Assembly (NCBI RefSeq): GCF_965249125.1
Contig: NZ_OZ252217.1
Coordinates: 235,736 to 299,735 of the forward strand
DNA length: 64,000 bases
Source of the DNA: Pelagibacterium sp.
GTDB taxonomy: Bacteria; Pseudomonadota; Alphaproteobacteria; Rhizobiales; Devosiaceae
Direction of reading: 5' to 3'
Below, piece by piece: positions 61,426-64,000 of the stretch (positions are counted from its first letter, which is position 1; every line of letters begins with the position of its first letter). Both the position numbers and the translations under genes were made by a program. The notes beneath the pieces were generated by a model. The model was not told where the DNA came from and did no database searches. It saw nothing but the letters and a program-made list of their open reading frames with translations.

Positions 61426-61965
61426 ATGAAACTGTATCCAGCGCCTATCCTGGCAGCATTCGGACTCACCCTGTGCCTGGCGCAGCCTGCGCTGGGCCAA
61501 ATTGCAAAAACGGTGGTGGGTTCAGTCGAAGCTACGATCGGCGATATGGCCTATGCGGGCGAAACGCTCGATGTGCCCTCCGAGGGGTCCTCGACCGCCG
61601 AAATTCGATCTTTTGGCCCGGTGACCTCTATCTCCATCCAGGCTCACGACCCCGAGGCCGACAGCCTCATGCGCAACGTCCTGACCATTGAGGTTTCGCT
61701 GATGGGAAGCGATGCCTCCATCATTGAACCGTCAGTTGCATGGTGGCCGGAAGGGATGAGCCCGCCCTTCTATCTCAGCGAAGACAGCGGGGCGGCCCCC
61801 GAAGTCGTCTTTGATGTGCTTTCTCTGGAAGACGGGGCCGCCGCCGCCAAGGGCAGTTTCTCGGCCGTCGTCTGCCGCAGGGAAAGCATGCTCGCGGAAG
61901 CTGACACGAGCGACTGCCGTCAGGTCGAGGGTACTTTCGATACCGCCTTGCGCAAGGCCGATTGA
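61426..61965 (+). CDS. Hypothetical secreted protein
   Basis: RBS AAAGGA; Sec-type signal ending PALG; beta-rich mature part with two Cys. Confidence 0.7.
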   Translation: MKLYPAPILAAFGLTLCLAQPALGQIAKTVVGSVEATIGDMAYAGETLDVPSEGSSTAEIRSFGPVTSISIQAHDPEADSLMRNVLTIEVSLMGSDASIIEPSVAWWPEGMSPPFYLSEDSGAAPEVVFDVLSLEDGAAAAKGSFSAVVCRRESMLAEADTSDCRQVEGTFDTALRKAD

Positions 61966-62159
61966 ACCATAACAAACCAGTCGCTTGCTCGTTTAATACT
62001 GGTGTCTGATGGGAACGCGGCGGCCCCTCATGGCCTACAATCACGTTCTGCACCGTGCGTAATAAGAGTGCGGAGGACGAGATAGCAAAACGTCGGGTGG
62101 ACATGACGCGGTCGCCAATGACTACTGCACATGCAGGGTCCGGTTCCAAAAGCGAGGAC

Positions 62160-62301
62160 TATTAACGCGAACGACCGGGATGGGGTCGGCAGCCGGATGG
62201 CCGCTTATCGAGCGATTTCGCCGAAACCGGACAGGCAGCAATCGGCCCCGCAGCCGCCGGTCTCAGCGTTTCTCTTTTGGCCAATCACGGCCAAAGGAGA
62301 A
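62160..62301. repeat. Repeat cluster plus 13-6-13 palindrome upstream of recombinase 2
   Basis: GAACGACCGG and GATGGCCGCT arms, 24-mer at 62227, palindrome 62270-62301. Confidence 0.8.
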
Positions 62302-62306
62302 CTCCG

Positions 62307-62939
62307 ATGGGATACTCACGATACGATGCTGCAGCTCGAGGGCGGGCTGCATGGAATGCTGGAAAGACTGTTGGGACCAAGCGCCCTCTAACGCAGAAGC
62401 AGATCTGGGCTATCCAATTCTTTCTGGATCGGGAGTGCCGAGTCCGAGATCGTGCCCTGTTCGATCTTGCGATCGACAGCAAGCTTCGCGGATGCGACTT
62501 GGTGAAAATTAAAACCGGAGACCTGGTGACAGGGCCGGAAATTCGAACGCGGGCTACCGTGGTGCAACAGAAGACCGGGCGTCCTGTCCAATTCGAATTG
62601 ACCGGCGATGTGCGCGCCAGCCTACTGGTGTGGCTCGAGAGACGCGGCGGCACAGTCGAAGATCATGCTTTCCCAAGCCGGATCGACCACTCGCACCACA
62701 TGAGCACGCGCCAGTATGCCCGCCTGGTGGATGAATGGGTCACAGCGATCGGGCTTCGATCATCGGACTATGGCACACACTCGCTCCGCAGAACCAAAGC
62801 GGCCATGATTTACAAGGCCACCGGCAATCTGCGCGCCATTCAGATATTGCTCGGCCACACCAAGATCGAAAACACGGTGCGGTATCTCGGTGTGGACATC
62901 GAGGACGCGTTACTTCTTGCTGAACGGACCGAAATTTGA
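62307..62939 (+). CDS. Small tyrosine recombinase (210 aa), copy 2
   Basis: Same catalytic residues; 13 aa differences from copy 1 by eye count. Confidence 0.92.
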   Translation: MGYSRYDAAARGRAAWNAGKTVGTKRPLTQKQIWAIQFFLDRECRVRDRALFDLAIDSKLRGCDLVKIKTGDLVTGPEIRTRATVVQQKTGRPVQFELTGDVRASLLVWLERRGGTVEDHAFPSRIDHSHHMSTRQYARLVDEWVTAIGLRSSDYGTHSLRRTKAAMIYKATGNLRAIQILLGHTKIENTVRYLGVDIEDALLLAERTEI

Positions 62940-62969
62940 GCCTGGAGCGGTCATTCGCTCACAACGGAT

Positions 62970-63137
62970 GAGGGTGGTGGCGGCGGCCAGCGCGGCATCC
63001 ATAGCGTTGCCGCCGCGCTCGAGCATTTGAAGGCCGGCCTGGACAGCGAGCGGCTGGGACGTTGCAACAATATTTTGCGCCATCACCGGGGCCTGTGTTG
63101 CGCCATAGGGGGCTGCATAGGAAAACGCGATGGTCAT
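62970..63137 (-). pseudogene. ggt: 5' remnant of gamma-glutamyltransferase
   Basis: [30 protein letters not shown] is the GGT N-terminal signature; it stops at the recombinase-proximal palindrome. Confidence 0.85.
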
Positions 63138-63449
63138 GTTTGGTCCTGATTGTTAAAGGGGCTTGAACGGACGTCGGCTCTGGAGCGCACGCGCTCAAAA
63201 GCGGTTGTGAGGGTCTGCGCAATGCGGAATCGAACGGGTGATGCTAGCCCCGATCCCTGCCAATCGGCATATTCATAAGTAAATTGCAGAACGCAGACCT
63301 TCACACCTGCGATGCTAGAGAGCTACTTTGTGAGGCGGAATACTGCTGTGCTGCAATGGACAGGAAAAGTCGTCTTTCACTCATGAGTATGCTAGTGCCA
63401 ACCGATCTATCGGTTGTCGATCTCCCACGTATTTCCAGCGGGGCCGCTG

Positions 63450-64000
63450 ATGAAACGACGCTCATTGCCTACCATAAATGCTCTGACCGCCTTTGAAGCG
63501 GCCGCTCGATTGGAGAGTGTAGCCCAGGCTGCCGAGGAGCTGAACCTTTCTCAAAGTGCTGTGAGCCGACTGGTGCAGCAGGTGGAGTACGCTCTTGAGG
63601 TGCCCCTATTTCTGCGTGTAAAGCAGCGCATTGTGGTGACTGACGCCGGGCGCGCTTACGCTGCAAATATTCGAAAAATGCTCTACGACCTTGAGCAGAC
63701 TACGCTACGGGTGATGTCGTACGGGTCGGCGTCGGGCAATCTATCGCTGGGGGTATTTTCTACTTTTGCCAGCAAGTGGCTTCTGCCGCGCTTGCCGGAT
63801 TTTCGAAGGAACAGGCCAGATGTTGTCATAAGTTGTTTTGTCCGGAGAGAACCGTTCAATTTCGATGATGATCCGCTTGATGCAGCAATTCACTATGGTG
63901 AGCCTGTTTGGTCCGGAGCAATAGCTGAGCCGTTATTTTCTGAGACAGTACTTCCGGTGGCAAGCCCCACCATACTGGACATAAAATCGGTTCGCGAGCC
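63450..64000 (+). CDS. LysR-family regulator (GcvA-like), runs off the window end
   Basis: Own translation: MKRRSLPTINALTAFEAAARLESVAQAAEELNLSQSAVSR...KWLLPRLPDF; divergent from the ggt remnant. Confidence 0.9.
   Translation, partial: MKRRSLPTINALTAFEAAARLESVAQAAEELNLSQSAVSRLVQQVEYALEVPLFLRVKQRIVVTDAGRAYAANIRKMLYDLEQTTLRVMSYGSASGNLSLGVFSTFASKWLLPRLPDFRRNRPDVVISCFVRREPFNFDDDPLDAAIHYGEPVWSGAIAEPLFSETVLPVASPTILDIKSVRE

Noticed and set aside
53340-63140. Classical integron (IntI + attC)
   Set aside because: The 210-aa recombinases lack the IntI-specific insertion, and the palindromes have no RYYYAAC...GTTRRRY cores.

Overview
An alphaproteobacterial (Hyphomicrobiales-like, inferred from gene content) accessory region built as a mosaic of modules; no rRNA, tRNA or CRISPR array seen. 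(1) 1-13 kb: Rieske oxygenase, ferredoxin reductase, SDR and Opp-type ABC operon, convergent with a racemase/ModA-like/RraA operon, then LysR and hyi. (2) 13.6-26.4 kb: Rid, XRE-cupin and dpkA, divergent from an ABC + hydantoinase/oxoprolinase AB + M20 amidohydrolase operon. (3) 26.8-30.7 kb: phage/IME-like patch of small unknown ORFs, including a chain of translationally coupled microproteins. (4) A decayed IS3, an AT-richer IclR-TRAP catabolic module, and an intact IS66 (with a pRiA4b ORF3 passenger) inserted into the terminal repeat of an older IS66. (5) MFS, a ptsN / rnk / greA-like / gdhA module, metY broken at a G8 tract, a second IS3, a truncated M24 peptidase, a DUF1450-like gene and LacI. 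(6) 53.3-63.1 kb: two direct-repeat 210-aa tyrosine recombinases bracketing 8.2 kb of cargo. The strongest candidate for an undescribed system is a family of short degenerate palindromic units clustered at module junctions (13.5, 26.5-26.7, 53.3, 54.1, 56.1, 62.2 kb) and next to both recombinases, with one gene truncation falling inside a palindrome arm. This suggests an integron-like but non-integron cassette-shuffling system. All product calls come from motif recognition by eye; no database search was run.
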